Source: an uncultured Gammaproteobacteria bacterium
GTDB lineage: Bacteria; Patescibacteriota; Microgenomatia; UBA1406; HO2-37-13b
Assembly: GCA_964612595.1 (NCBI GenBank)
Contig: CAZTFB010000002.1
Span: 252,933-316,932 of the forward strand
Reading direction: 5' to 3'
DNA length: 64,000 nt
The notes under the pieces were generated by a model. That model made no database searches, was not told the origin of the DNA, and worked only from the letters and a program-made list of their open reading frames with translations. This document shows, piece by piece, positions 53,760 through 63,054 of the stretch. Position numbers and translations under genes: made by a program. Position 1 is the stretch's first letter; every line of letters begins with the position of its first letter.

Positions 53760-54545
53760 CTATTCTGCCCAAGTTACGAATGTAAATGCTTTATTGCCAT
53801 TTCCGAAGTCACGTTCAAAAACGGAGTGACGTTTGTTCTCAGAAGTGCGGAGTTCCCTTCCCCATGTTTTTCTATCTTCGTGGTCAATATGTTGCCCTGT
53901 AGTCGCAAGAGCCTGAGATATGGTGGCGAGACCATCGAGGTGTCCATAAAGTATCTCAAGCATTTCATAATCGTGATCGTTTGGATGTTGATTTAGTAGT
54001 GGATCATTCGAGTAATCCATACACGTTCCCATAGGTGTATTACCAAAGTCTTCATCTTGGTGATCAAGTCCGAAAATGTGACCTATCTCTTGGCACATAA
54101 CTAGATTTCTCCATGCTGGTGTGTTGTATGTACCTGTATTAAAGTAGGTATCATTCAGTTTTACAGTGCCTTGGGTAATATGCATGCCACTTACCCAGAC
54201 AGATGCGATTCCAAGCCATCCGGTGCCGCCGTATTTTGCATTACAGATTTCGCCTCTCCCTAAGGTTGGCGTACAGGTCTTTGGTGTATTTCTACCTTTT
54301 GTATTGTTGGTTCCTCCATCCACAATGTCTGTATTGAGCACATCTGAAACAGTCCAATCGAAATCAGCAGATACAAGATGTGGGTCCCACTTACTATTAA
54401 CATTATCGCCAAGCTTAATAGTGAAAGGATTGGTAGTCCTTGCCCAGTGGTAGCCGCCCCATGAGTGGTCGGCTTGTGCTTTTATTGGGGAAAAAACAAA
54501 GAAAATTGCGCTCAAGACGACTAACTTCAGAATAAATCTTTGCAT
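53760..54545 (-). CDS. secreted metzincin-like protein with QExxHxxGxxH in place of HExxHxxGxxH
   Basis: Signal peptide ending IKAQA. Motif MCQEIGHIFGLDHQDE (nt 54060-54092) followed by GTCMDYS (Met-turn-like). The first zinc-ligand position is Gln (codon CAA). Confidence 0.55.
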   Translation of the reverse strand: MQRFILKLVVLSAIFFVFSPIKAQADHSWGGYHWARTTNPFTIKLGDNVNSKWDPHLVSADFDWTVSDVLNTDIVDGGTNNTKGRNTPKTCTPTLGRGEICNAKYGGTGWLGIASVWVSGMHITQGTVKLNDTYFNTGTYNTPAWRNLVMCQEIGHIFGLDHQDEDFGNTPMGTCMDYSNDPLLNQHPNDHDYEMLEILYGHLDGLATISQALATTGQHIDHEDRKTWGRELRTSENKRHSVFERDFGNGNKAFTFVTWAE

Positions 54546-54645
54546 ACCGCAATACTATTTGAATCTGATACAAAAGTCAAGATCTTTAATCTTGCGAATT
54601 TTTAAGGAAATATGTACCATATATGGAGGAAGGAGTTGTACATAT

Positions 54646-55035
54646 ATGAACTATACAAAAAAACTCTTAGCATATTTCGCAGTTACTACCTTAGTCCTTT
54701 GGGCATTCAATTCCTTTTTTCCAGATCTTTTTGTATTCGGAAGGGGACAAATAGGGTATTGGCAAGCTGTTTTGACGACTGCATTCGGTCTTACCTTGGC
54801 AGTGATGGTCTTAGATATACTTGTCTTTGACTTTAAAATTAAACTGATGCCACAGCAATATTTGGCCTTAGAAGGATTAGTGAACATCGGATCGCTGTAT
54901 CTACTAGCTCATACTTTGCTCCAAAATTCAGTTGGGGTAGGTATAAAAGCATTTTGGGTAGCTATTCTTGTTGGGCTTGGTGTCAGCGCAGCACAATATG
55001 TGGTAAAGCAGTTTGTTGATCACAGACTAAAGTAA
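54646..55035 (+). CDS. hypothetical membrane protein (4 helices)
   Basis: ATG at 54646 preceded by GGAGGAAGGAG (54625-54635). 129 aa, very hydrophobic. The tracked upstream extension (from 54559) lacks an SD. Confidence 0.4.
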   Translation: MNYTKKLLAYFAVTTLVLWAFNSFFPDLFVFGRGQIGYWQAVLTTAFGLTLAVMVLDILVFDFKIKLMPQQYLALEGLVNIGSLYLLAHTLLQNSVGVGIKAFWVAILVGLGVSAAQYVVKQFVDHRLK

Positions 55036-55048
55036 GCTGCTTGGATAG

Positions 55049-55180
55049 TTACTTTTTTGTACGCTTGCTTGGCTTGAGTGCCTTTTGTGCGAGCATTTCT
55101 CGTTTAATTTCGAGTCTTTTTTTGGTTTTGTGTGAATGGGTTTTCTTCATTTTGCCGACTCCTGTGTCTCTTTTTGCCAT
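55049..55180 (-). CDS. 43-aa lysine-rich basic ORF (below ORF-track cutoff)
   Basis: ATG at 55180-55178 to the TAA at 55051-55049: MAKRDTGVGKMKKTHSHKTKKRLEIKREMLAQKALKPSKRTKK. Same strand as, and 43 nt downstream of, 55224..55580. Composition resembles small ribosome-associated proteins. No family assigned. Confidence 0.35.
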   Translation of the reverse strand: MAKRDTGVGKMKKTHSHKTKKRLEIKREMLAQKALKPSKRTKK

Positions 55181-55223
55181 ATACCTAATGATACACTATT
55201 AATGTGCAGAACATTAGGTGAAT

Positions 55224-55580
55224 TTAGGGTTTCTCTAAAGATCTGAGATATGTGGTCAATGCTTCTTGTTTTTCTTGAGGAAGCGTGGGGAAAACAGCAT
55301 CAATATAGCTACTGAGCTGTGTTTGTGTGAGCACTGTTAAAAGTTTATCAAACTCTTCTTTAGGAACATACTTTAGAATAATATCTCTTTGTGATTCTTC
55401 GTCATCAGCGTGTTCAAGTGCATCAGCGAGTTTTATCTGAACATCTTTACTCAAACTTGTCCCAATTTCTGCTATTGCTTCGGTATAAATGTACGCAAAG
55501 AATGTGGTGATAAATTGTAGCTTGCTGTCTTTGTAGCCAACTATGGTCAAGATCTTGTGTAGTACTTCTCTTTCATCCAT
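55224..55580 (-). CDS. hypothetical helical protein
   Basis: 118-aa ORF, 1 nt downstream of the preceding gene's stop. No motif recognised. Confidence 0.35.
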   Translation of the reverse strand: MDEREVLHKILTIVGYKDSKLQFITTFFAYIYTEAIAEIGTSLSKDVQIKLADALEHADDEESQRDIILKYVPKEEFDKLLTVLTQTQLSSYIDAVFPTLPQEKQEALTTYLRSLEKP

Positions 55581-55581
55581 A

Positions 55582-56085
55582 TTATTGTCTGTGAGCCATG
55601 GCTCTCGCTCCCATACCTACGCCGGCAAGATACATGCCTGTTGCAACGGGTAAATATGCGGGAGCGCTTAATACTGATAATGCGGTGAGTGCGCCTGTAC
55701 CGACTGTCTGACCAACTTTTGAAATGAGAAATGCATTTTTTTCAGTTTCAGATTCAGCATTTTTCATGCTTTGCCATTCGGCGGCGACACCTGCTCCAGC
55801 TAACACGCTGCCGCCGGCAGACAACATGAGAGGTACTGGATTGCCGGTGAGGACCGAACCAACCACACCGAACATAGCAAGCCCAGTGCCCCAGTTAATC
55901 GCAAGTTCGGAACCAACAAATCGCACGCCATGTCCAATCCATCGTTTTAATTTGCTTCCTGCTTTTGCAAGCCACTCGTTGGAAGCTTGTGTTGCTGCTT
56001 CATTTTCGTATGGCTTCTCTGGAACAGTTGATTCTGGCGATTCTGTTGGAGCTAGTATTGGTGCTACTGGTGTTTTCTCAGTCAT
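55582..56085 (-). CDS. Gly/Ala-rich membrane protein
   Basis: Start at the Met of MTEKTPVAP, which forms an ATGA overlap with the YfhO-like stop (56082-56085). The C-terminal half consists of Gly-rich helices (GTGLAMFGVVGSVLTG, GGSVLAGAGVAAEW). Confidence 0.35.
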   Translation of the reverse strand: MTEKTPVAPILAPTESPESTVPEKPYENEAATQASNEWLAKAGSKLKRWIGHGVRFVGSELAINWGTGLAMFGVVGSVLTGNPVPLMLSAGGSVLAGAGVAAEWQSMKNAESETEKNAFLISKVGQTVGTGALTALSVLSAPAYLPVATGMYLAGVGMGARAMAHRQ

Positions 56086-58574
56086 AAGTTTTTGCGACGT
56101 AGATATAAGCCGTACCCAATAAGTATACCAAGCGACGTCAGTGAAACCAATGCACCGCATTTTATGGTATGCGAATCATACACAAACGCAACGTCAGATG
56201 TACCCTCGGGAACATTGATACCACGGAACGCCCAATTAGTTCTCAAAATCTCAACTTCTTCGCCATTAATCAAAGCTTTCCATCCAGGATAAAATGTGTC
56301 GGTCAAGACGAATAAGCCAGGCTTGTCTGTAGTTACGGTGAATGCCAATTCCTGGGCTGCAATTTTTTTGTTTATAACGCTTGCCGTACCTACGCTCTCC
56401 GAATTCTCTCCTGCAAATGATATAAACGCCGATTGTGTCGCCTGAAATTCATTAGATGTGAGATTTTTAAAAATGGTTTCTTTATCGTCTTCCCGTTTTA
56501 TGGAATGTGCGACATATGCTCTTGGTAACGCATTTTTATTTTTATAAATCTGATAAAGATTTTCTTCCCAGACAAGATCAAATTCTTCATCAAACAATGC
56601 TTGTTCACCACCGTTTTTATTTACCCAGCTATTGCGAAAATTATTTTCACGATCAGGATAGTAAGCGGCAGAAAACAAATTTAGAATCTTCTGTTTGTTT
56701 GGGCCATCTGGAAATTGCATTGATCCACGGTCTGTTGGTTTTGCATAGAGTACGTTACCCTGCATTGCTAATTCGCCCGCATACTGGTTATAGAGTGGAT
56801 CGTTTCCACCCGACGAGGGAATCTGAAATACTGCGTTTGCATTCGTCGGTAGATAATCGTAATAACGAAGCCCATCGTTTTTTGTCAGCGTGTGCAATTT
56901 CTCAATAACAGGGTGTTCAGGATAGAAAAATTCTTTAGGTGAGAACGGGGTATATTTATTGCCAAAACGTATAAGCTCGATGCTTGTCAAAAGTAGGACT
57001 GCCAGTCCTAAAAGTAGTTGGAGGTTATATTTCTTTTGGCGTGATGTTTTGTATGCAGCCATGCCAACCGCGATCGTTATCAGTAAGCCCACAATAAACC
57101 CAGAAGGGAGTATGCTGTTGCGGAGAATACTGGCTATGTGTTCTCTAAATATTGCTGGCATGGTTTTTGAAATAAGAAGTAACCAGTAGACAACAAGCAA
57201 AACTGCAAGTCCGCCAAAAAAACGGGTGACGCGCGCAGTGTTCTGTTTGCGAATATCTTGCAACAATTGTGCGAAACCAAAACAGCTCAAGATCAGCGCG
57301 CCGAATATATAGATTGATGAAAATCGTGCGAAGGTACTTGATGATATGATAGGTATTTTGAGGGTAAAAAGCGTGTATGAAACGATGTTTTCAAGTGAAA
57401 GCACAAGTCCTACAAGCATAATGATGAACGCAGCTATAAATACACGTTGTTTTTTTTGAATATGAAATCCACTCAAACTATACAAAAATAATAGGAATGG
57501 AATAGTACCAAAGTAAATAGCTGACTCCGCATAATTAATCTTTCCCCACCAATTACGTGTTACTGGATGTCCAAAGAAATCGGGGATTATGGCCTGAATA
57601 TATGATGTCAGTGCGAGCGATTCAGATCTAAAGAATGTTTCTGATGTAATGAATCCTCGCACGCTTTGTGTATAAGTTTCAATAGCGGGAATGAGCACAA
57701 TTGCTGAGAGTCCAGTACTGATGAGGATTGTTAAAAAATATGTGCCGAGAAGTCTGGGTTTGCGCATAGTAATCCATGTACACATAACCCAGATGGTAAA
57801 CACCATATAGACAAACAAAGCTGTCTGTATGTGGCCGGCAAATAAAGAAAACGTTAATCCGGCAACCATGCCAATAAAATATCGCGCGCGCTTTGAGTCG
57901 ATATACGCCTCAAAGCACCATAGAACACACGGTATCCAGAGATAGGCATGACCAATGGTACCAAGCGTCAGCCATACCATAATATATGCGGAGAAGCTAA
58001 AACTCAGTGCTCCAAAGGTTGCAATAAGACGACGAAAGCCAACTTTATGCAAGAACTTATACATAAAGATATAGGCAAGCATTATTTGAGCAAGCACATA
58101 CATCGTGTAGGCAATTGGATATGACGCGATAAAGTATAGAACGTTCAGCGGATACATAACGGCTGCCTGAATATTGCCGATAAGCGATGTACCATTTAAT
58201 ATGTACGGATTCCACAGCGGCAGCACACCCTGTTTTATTGCATCAATGAAATACAATTTTATAGGTAGAATGACGCCGACACTATCAGAGACTAAATAAT
58301 TCTTATAGTGCCTTGCTGCATTTGCCAAATCTTGTGTTGACCATATCGTATCTTTCCATGGATAAAGAAAACCGACTTCGAAATCAAACCCTCCAAGAAT
58401 GTATCCCTTTGTAAACATCTCACGGCAAAAAATTAGCAGGATAGTTATTAAGAAGAGATAGGGAACATAGACATTAATGAATGAAAGAAATCGCTTTTTT
58501 TGTGCGAACATAGGATGTAGTATAGACCAATCTGCTATATTATTCTGCAGCATGGACGAGTTCATCTCTAACAT
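56082..58574 (-). CDS. YfhO-family polytopic membrane protein (putative glycosyltransferase)
   Basis: N-terminal FTKGYILGGFDFEVGFLYPW and GVLPLWNPYILNGTSLIGNIQAAVMYPLN match the YfhO pattern. About 14 TM helices plus a large C-terminal extracytoplasmic domain and a terminal TM. Start uncertain: candidate Mets at 58574, 58565 and 58508; the maximal ORF extends to 58628. Confidence 0.6.
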   Translation of the reverse strand: MLEMNSSMLQNNIADWSILHPMFAQKKRFLSFINVYVPYLFLITILLIFCREMFTKGYILGGFDFEVGFLYPWKDTIWSTQDLANAARHYKNYLVSDSVGVILPIKLYFIDAIKQGVLPLWNPYILNGTSLIGNIQAAVMYPLNVLYFIASYPIAYTMYVLAQIMLAYIFMYKFLHKVGFRRLIATFGALSFSFSAYIMVWLTLGTIGHAYLWIPCVLWCFEAYIDSKRARYFIGMVAGLTFSLFAGHIQTALFVYMVFTIWVMCTWITMRKPRLLGTYFLTILISTGLSAIVLIPAIETYTQSVRGFITSETFFRSESLALTSYIQAIIPDFFGHPVTRNWWGKINYAESAIYFGTIPFLLFLYSLSGFHIQKKQRVFIAAFIIMLVGLVLSLENIVSYTLFTLKIPIISSSTFARFSSIYIFGALILSCFGFAQLLQDIRKQNTARVTRFFGGLAVLLVVYWLLLISKTMPAIFREHIASILRNSILPSGFIVGLLITIAVGMAAYKTSRQKKYNLQLLLGLAVLLLTSIELIRFGNKYTPFSPKEFFYPEHPVIEKLHTLTKNDGLRYYDYLPTNANAVFQIPSSGGNDPLYNQYAGELAMQGNVLYAKPTDRGSMQFPDGPNKQKILNLFSAAYYPDRENNFRNSWVNKNGGEQALFDEEFDLVWEENLYQIYKNKNALPRAYVAHSIKREDDKETIFKNLTSNEFQATQSAFISFAGENSESVGTASVINKKIAAQELAFTVTTDKPGLFVLTDTFYPGWKALINGEEVEILRTNWAFRGINVPEGTSDVAFVYDSHTIKCGALVSLTSLGILIGYGLYLRRKNL

Positions 58575-58603
58575 AGCAGATGATTTCAGTATAATTTCAC
58601 TGC

Positions 58604-59269
58604 ATGAGCGATATAAAAATCGAAGCAAGCTGGAAAAATGTCCTTGCTTCAGAATTTAAAAAACCATACTGGCGAGAATTAACGAACACCATTCGCAAAG
58701 AGTATCTTTCTTCTACTGTATACCCTCCTGCACCACAGGTCTTTCGTGCCTTCGACCTTTGTCCTTTCGATAAAGTGAAAGTTGTTATTGTCGGTCAGGA
58801 TCCCTACCACGGAAAGGGACAGGCAAATGGCTTGTCTTTTTCTGTTAGTTATGGCGTTACGCTTCCTCCATCGCTGAAAAACATCTATAAAGAAATCCAT
58901 AGTGATCTTGGCGTAACACCGCTTGTGTCGGGCGACTTAACACGATGGGCGAAACAAGGAGTGCTTATGCTGAATAGTGTCTTAACAGTTTTAGCAGGTA
59001 AACCCGCATCGCATGCGGGGAACGGATGGGAGTTATTTACGGATGCAGTAATCGCACGGTTGAATGAAGAAAGGGAACACATCGTCTTTATGTTATGGGG
59101 AAAGTACGCGCAGTCAAAGGGAATGGTTGTTGATAGAACTAAACATCTCGTCCTTACATCGGCACACCCATCACCATACTCCGCCACAATGTTTTTCGGT
59201 AATCATCATTTTAGCCAGTGTAACGGATATCTGAAAAAAAACGGCATAGATCCTATTGATTGGAGATAG
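58604..59269 (+). CDS. ung: uracil-DNA glycosylase, family 1
   Basis: Motif A VVIVGQDPYHGKGQANGLSFSV, motif B AHPSPYSA, and an N-terminal W..L..EF.KPYW pattern. Confidence 0.9.
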   Translation: MSDIKIEASWKNVLASEFKKPYWRELTNTIRKEYLSSTVYPPAPQVFRAFDLCPFDKVKVVIVGQDPYHGKGQANGLSFSVSYGVTLPPSLKNIYKEIHSDLGVTPLVSGDLTRWAKQGVLMLNSVLTVLAGKPASHAGNGWELFTDAVIARLNEEREHIVFMLWGKYAQSKGMVVDRTKHLVLTSAHPSPYSATMFFGNHHFSQCNGYLKKNGIDPIDWR

Positions 59270-59270
59270 C

Positions 59271-60152
59271 CTATTTCTTAGTACTTCTCAGATCAGTAAT
59301 ATGTGGAAGTGCTGCAGCAGCAAACACAAGCATGGCACCGAGAGTAGATCGTAAGGTAGGTCCTTCGTTGAAGATAAGCATTCCGAATAGAATACTAAAC
59401 ACAATTTCTAAAAGCCCTAACAAACCACCGATACTCGCTTCGACATACTTTAGTCCTTCTATTATTGCCCAGAAAGCAATCATGCCAGCGGCGACATATC
59501 CTATTTGGTATATCCAGACAAGTGAAAACGATGGAAGATGTTGTGTTTCGCCTAATATCAACGAAATAGGTAGATTGGTAATAAGGATTATCAGCCAACT
59601 AAGCCAGGTAAGATACAGTGCTGAATAGTTTCCAGATAGTTTTTTAGAAAACGAAACTTCTCCGCCGCTCGCGATGCCATTAAGAACCGCCATACTCGCG
59701 GCAAGTAGTGAAAATGCTTGGAGTGAAAATGAGAATGAAATGGCTAGTCCAATGATTGCCATAAGGAAGGCGACAATTTTAACCTTTGTCAGTTTTTCTC
59801 CTAAGTAGCCGAAACCGACAGAGTACATGGTCAAGAGCATGGTGCCAAAGAAAAGAACGGTAACAGTACCAATATCCATATGGTTAAATGCGTAATAAAT
59901 GGGTGCTTGGGTAAGCGAAGTGAATACGAGGAATACGCCAAGCCACTTTCGATCCTCTTTTTTAAATGGAATAATTTCTTTGTTCTTTAGTAATAGTGGG
60001 AGAAGTAGGAGACAGATGATGAGTGATCGTGACCAACCTTGGAAAAATGGTCCGAAAGAATCGCCCATGAGTCGCGACCAAACACCATAACTACCAAAAC
60101 AAATGGTGGATAGTAATATGAGCTGTATTCCTTTTGTGGGTTTGTTATTCAT
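59271..60152 (-). CDS. EamA/DMT-superfamily transporter
   Basis: Ten TM helices arranged as two 5-helix repeats. Start at the Met of MNNKPTKG; the maximal ORF extends to 60191. Confidence 0.75.
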   Translation of the reverse strand: MNNKPTKGIQLILLSTICFGSYGVWSRLMGDSFGPFFQGWSRSLIICLLLLPLLLKNKEIIPFKKEDRKWLGVFLVFTSLTQAPIYYAFNHMDIGTVTVLFFGTMLLTMYSVGFGYLGEKLTKVKIVAFLMAIIGLAISFSFSLQAFSLLAASMAVLNGIASGGEVSFSKKLSGNYSALYLTWLSWLIILITNLPISLILGETQHLPSFSLVWIYQIGYVAAGMIAFWAIIEGLKYVEASIGGLLGLLEIVFSILFGMLIFNEGPTLRSTLGAMLVFAAAALPHITDLRSTKK

Positions 60153-60162
60153 GTGTAGGATG

Positions 60163-60603
60163 CTATGCAAGCTGAGGTATGTTGTCAGCATACATCTTTT
60201 TCATTGCAAGATAAGCATCCTCTATGAGTATTTTAAGAACCGATGTATCAACATCTGACAGCCGCTTAATATACAGGCAACCTACGCTTGTTTTACAAGG
60301 CCCCAATTTTTTTATCACATCTTGGTTATCCTTGAATCCAGACATAATATAGAAAGTAATATTCTGTTTTCTCGGCGAGAAACCGATGAGAGGCCAGTCA
60401 CCTTCTTGTGAACTTCGTTCAGATTTATAGTGGTACTTCCCAAATCCCACAATGCTTGTTCCCCACATAACTGCCTTCTCACCCGTTATCTTTTCCATCA
60501 TAGAAAGGATCTCAAAGCTATCACGTCTTTTTTCTTCCGGCTCGATAGTGTTAAGATAATCAGTTACTCTCTGGTTGGTAGGTTTTGTTTTCAGCTCAGC
60601 CAT
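60163..60603 (-). CDS. DUF1801 (YdhG-like) domain protein
   Basis: VTDYLNTIEPEEKRRDSFEILSMMEKITGEKAVMWGTSIVGFGKYHYK...FSPRKQNITFYI follows the DUF1801 pattern. Confidence 0.6.
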   Translation of the reverse strand: MAELKTKPTNQRVTDYLNTIEPEEKRRDSFEILSMMEKITGEKAVMWGTSIVGFGKYHYKSERSSQEGDWPLIGFSPRKQNITFYIMSGFKDNQDVIKKLGPCKTSVGCLYIKRLSDVDTSVLKILIEDAYLAMKKMYADNIPQLA

Positions 60604-60654
60604 AGGTGAATGATACCAAGGTTTTCAGAGATTATCATCTGCTACAATCAAAGT

Positions 60655-61113
60655 ATGAATAAATATATAGTGATAGTGCTCCTTTTACTTTTAGGAGCTA
60701 TAACCGTCATCTACACATCCGGCAATAAAGTAACACAGGATACGATGATTGAGGAACCGATCACTGATACTGTATCCGAAGGTACAAAATCCAATCAGTA
60801 TGTGCCATATACGTCTGGGATCTTTGAGAGTGTGGAACAACCACGCCGTGTTCTGTTCTTTTACGCAAGTTGGTGCCCAACATGCCGACCTGTTGATAAA
60901 AGCCTCCAAGAGCAAGCAACTACGCTTCCTTCCGACGTCGTTGTGATTCGTGTGAATTATAATGATCCAGATACTGACCAAGAAGAAAAGGATCTTGCAA
61001 AGAAATACGAAGTTGGCTATCAACATACGTTTGTACAGATAGATGAACAAGGCAACAAAATAAAGCTGTGGAATGGCGGTGGCGTTGAGGAATTACTTCA
61101 AAATCTAAAGTAA
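60655..61113 (+). CDS. membrane-anchored thioredoxin-fold protein (CPTC active site)
   Basis: N-terminal TM helix (IVIVLLLLLGAITVIY) and VLFFYASWCPTCRPV. The stop TAA overlaps the next ATG (TAATG). Confidence 0.7.
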   Translation: MNKYIVIVLLLLLGAITVIYTSGNKVTQDTMIEEPITDTVSEGTKSNQYVPYTSGIFESVEQPRRVLFFYASWCPTCRPVDKSLQEQATTLPSDVVVIRVNYNDPDTDQEEKDLAKKYEVGYQHTFVQIDEQGNKIKLWNGGGVEELLQNLK

Positions 61114-61712
61114 TGTCGATCTCAGGAATCATAAAGAATCCAATACTCGTTATTATCGGACTTTCTATTTTTGTGATTCTATATCTCTCCGCTCAAAAAG
61201 AAACGCTCACAACGCAACAAGCTGAGATAAAGAAGTCTTGCACCCCGACGTTTGTAGATGGCGGCGGGCCCTACTATAAACCAAACGCACCATTCAGAAA
61301 TAACATAGCTCCAGAACTTCACAATGGTGAAACACTTATTGTCGAAGGGAGACTTGTGAAAAGCGATTGTACAACGCCGATTACCGACGCAGAACTCGAT
61401 GTCTGGCAAGCAAATGAAACAGGAAATTACGAAGACGAATGGTATAGAGGGCGCCTGCGCACAGGAAAAAATGGTGAATATTCGTTTCAAACCGTTGTGC
61501 CAAAAGGATACGGCGAAGGGACAGGCTACAGACCACCCCACATTCATTTCAAAGTTCGGTCGGGGGGCGAAGAAATAATTACCTCACAAATGTTCTTTCC
61601 AGAAGTAAAAGGACGAGCTGGATTTGATGATGCGTACATTATGAAAGTCGAAACAGAACAGAAAAATGGCAAACCGCTTCACCGAGGATATCATGATATT
61701 GTGCTTCCTTAA
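61113..61712 (+). CDS. secreted/anchored intradiol ring-cleavage dioxygenase-core protein
   Basis: GETLIVEGRLVKSDCTTPITDAELDVWQANETGNY...YRGRLRTGKNGEYSFQTVVPKGY...RPPHIHFKV matches the dioxygenase_C core. It has an N-terminal hydrophobic helix. Confidence 0.7.
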   Translation: MSISGIIKNPILVIIGLSIFVILYLSAQKETLTTQQAEIKKSCTPTFVDGGGPYYKPNAPFRNNIAPELHNGETLIVEGRLVKSDCTTPITDAELDVWQANETGNYEDEWYRGRLRTGKNGEYSFQTVVPKGYGEGTGYRPPHIHFKVRSGGEEIITSQMFFPEVKGRAGFDDAYIMKVETEQKNGKPLHRGYHDIVLP

Positions 61713-62965
61713 CGACTGTGTGTCCAATCTGTGCAACAAATTCCCTTACCTGCAACTGCTGGATCAGTAGGATAGGTTGTGCCGAGATAATAATTTGCTA
61801 ACCAAGGCAACCATGTGTCGTCGCTGGCTGCTTTATTGACATAGGTAGGACTATTTTGAGAAGCTTCACCGTTGCCGTAGAGCATATCAAATGCGCGCTT
61901 CAATGGATTTCCTCCTACAGAAAATGACACTAATCCTGCGCGCGCTAGTAAAATTGTTTCTACTGCAAATCCTTGCATACCTTCCCACATATAACCAGAT
62001 GTGTCTGGCGGCCACTTAAATTCTGCCGCTCTTCGCCAATCTTCAGGGATTACGCCAGACACGTTTTTTCCCTGAATAGTGGAACCTGTACGATTAATTC
62101 CAGCCTTATTTGATGTATCTGCATGCCAATTGGTACCTGTATAGTTTATTTCACTGTGTTTCAGGCCAATAATATCTTCATGTGCTGCTACTAATCGCTG
62201 CAATAATTGTTGATCGTTTAGATAAAGTGCTCCAGCAATTGCAGAGGCACGTGCGTGCATTCCCCAATTATTTGCACTTTTGACGGCTGTGCCAATAACA
62301 CCAGAGCCACCACTGTGGCCACTTACTCCTTTGTTTAAGAGATAACGTAGATTATCTTCAAATTCAGGGGTTCTATAGCCAATAATATCTGCTGCAATAA
62401 TGTACGACTGCAAACCTCGAGACAATTCAAGCGCTCTTGAGGTTGTTGCGTTTCGATTAATTGCCTCATTAAGTGCGGTGATGACTTTTGTCTTCATAGC
62501 TGTATCACCAGTTCGTTCGGCAACCAATGCGCCGGCCATTGTTTTCACATCATGTTCGCAGTCATTATTATCAAGACAAGGTGATCCCCAACCCGATTGA
62601 GCCATATTTAACGTAGCTTGCCAGGCCGATCCATTTGTGGGGAGCGACATGAGGCGAGATTTTTCTATCCATAGCCCTTGAGATTGACCTAAAGGAACTT
62701 GAGTAGGAGTTGGGATCGACGAAGTCGGCAAGACTGAACATACCCCATACTGTGCATGTACAAGATTCCAGTCAATAAGATTAACGAAGCTATCTCCATT
62801 AAGATCTCCAACGGTAGTTTGACGTCCATAGTTAGCATGAACAGCATTATATTCAACTAAATTACAGCATCCATCGTTATTCATATCACAAAGAAGTGGA
62901 GCTGCAGATACAGGTCGTATACTCAATACGGCGAAGATAATAACAACTAATGCTGATTGACGCAT
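61709..62965 (-). CDS. secreted protein with N-terminal dockerin-like Ca-binding repeat pair and a large helical domain of uncertain family
   Basis: Signal peptide ending PVSAA. Repeats DMNNDGCCNLVEYNAVHANYG and DLNGDSFVNLIDWNLVHAQYG (D-x-N-x-D-x-x-x-N-x-x-D/E ... G). The remaining ~330 aa may be polysaccharide-lyase-like (weak). Confidence 0.4.
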   Translation of the reverse strand: MRQSALVVIIFAVLSIRPVSAAPLLCDMNNDGCCNLVEYNAVHANYGRQTTVGDLNGDSFVNLIDWNLVHAQYGVCSVLPTSSIPTPTQVPLGQSQGLWIEKSRLMSLPTNGSAWQATLNMAQSGWGSPCLDNNDCEHDVKTMAGALVAERTGDTAMKTKVITALNEAINRNATTSRALELSRGLQSYIIAADIIGYRTPEFEDNLRYLLNKGVSGHSGGSGVIGTAVKSANNWGMHARASAIAGALYLNDQQLLQRLVAAHEDIIGLKHSEINYTGTNWHADTSNKAGINRTGSTIQGKNVSGVIPEDWRRAAEFKWPPDTSGYMWEGMQGFAVETILLARAGLVSFSVGGNPLKRAFDMLYGNGEASQNSPTYVNKAASDDTWLPWLANYYLGTTYPTDPAVAGKGICCTDWTHSR

Positions 62966-63054
62966 ATCTTACATATTACATCTTGCTTGAGTGATTTACA
63001 TCTACTCTCTATTTAAGTATGATGAACAGGTACTTCATTCAATAAACGAAACGT

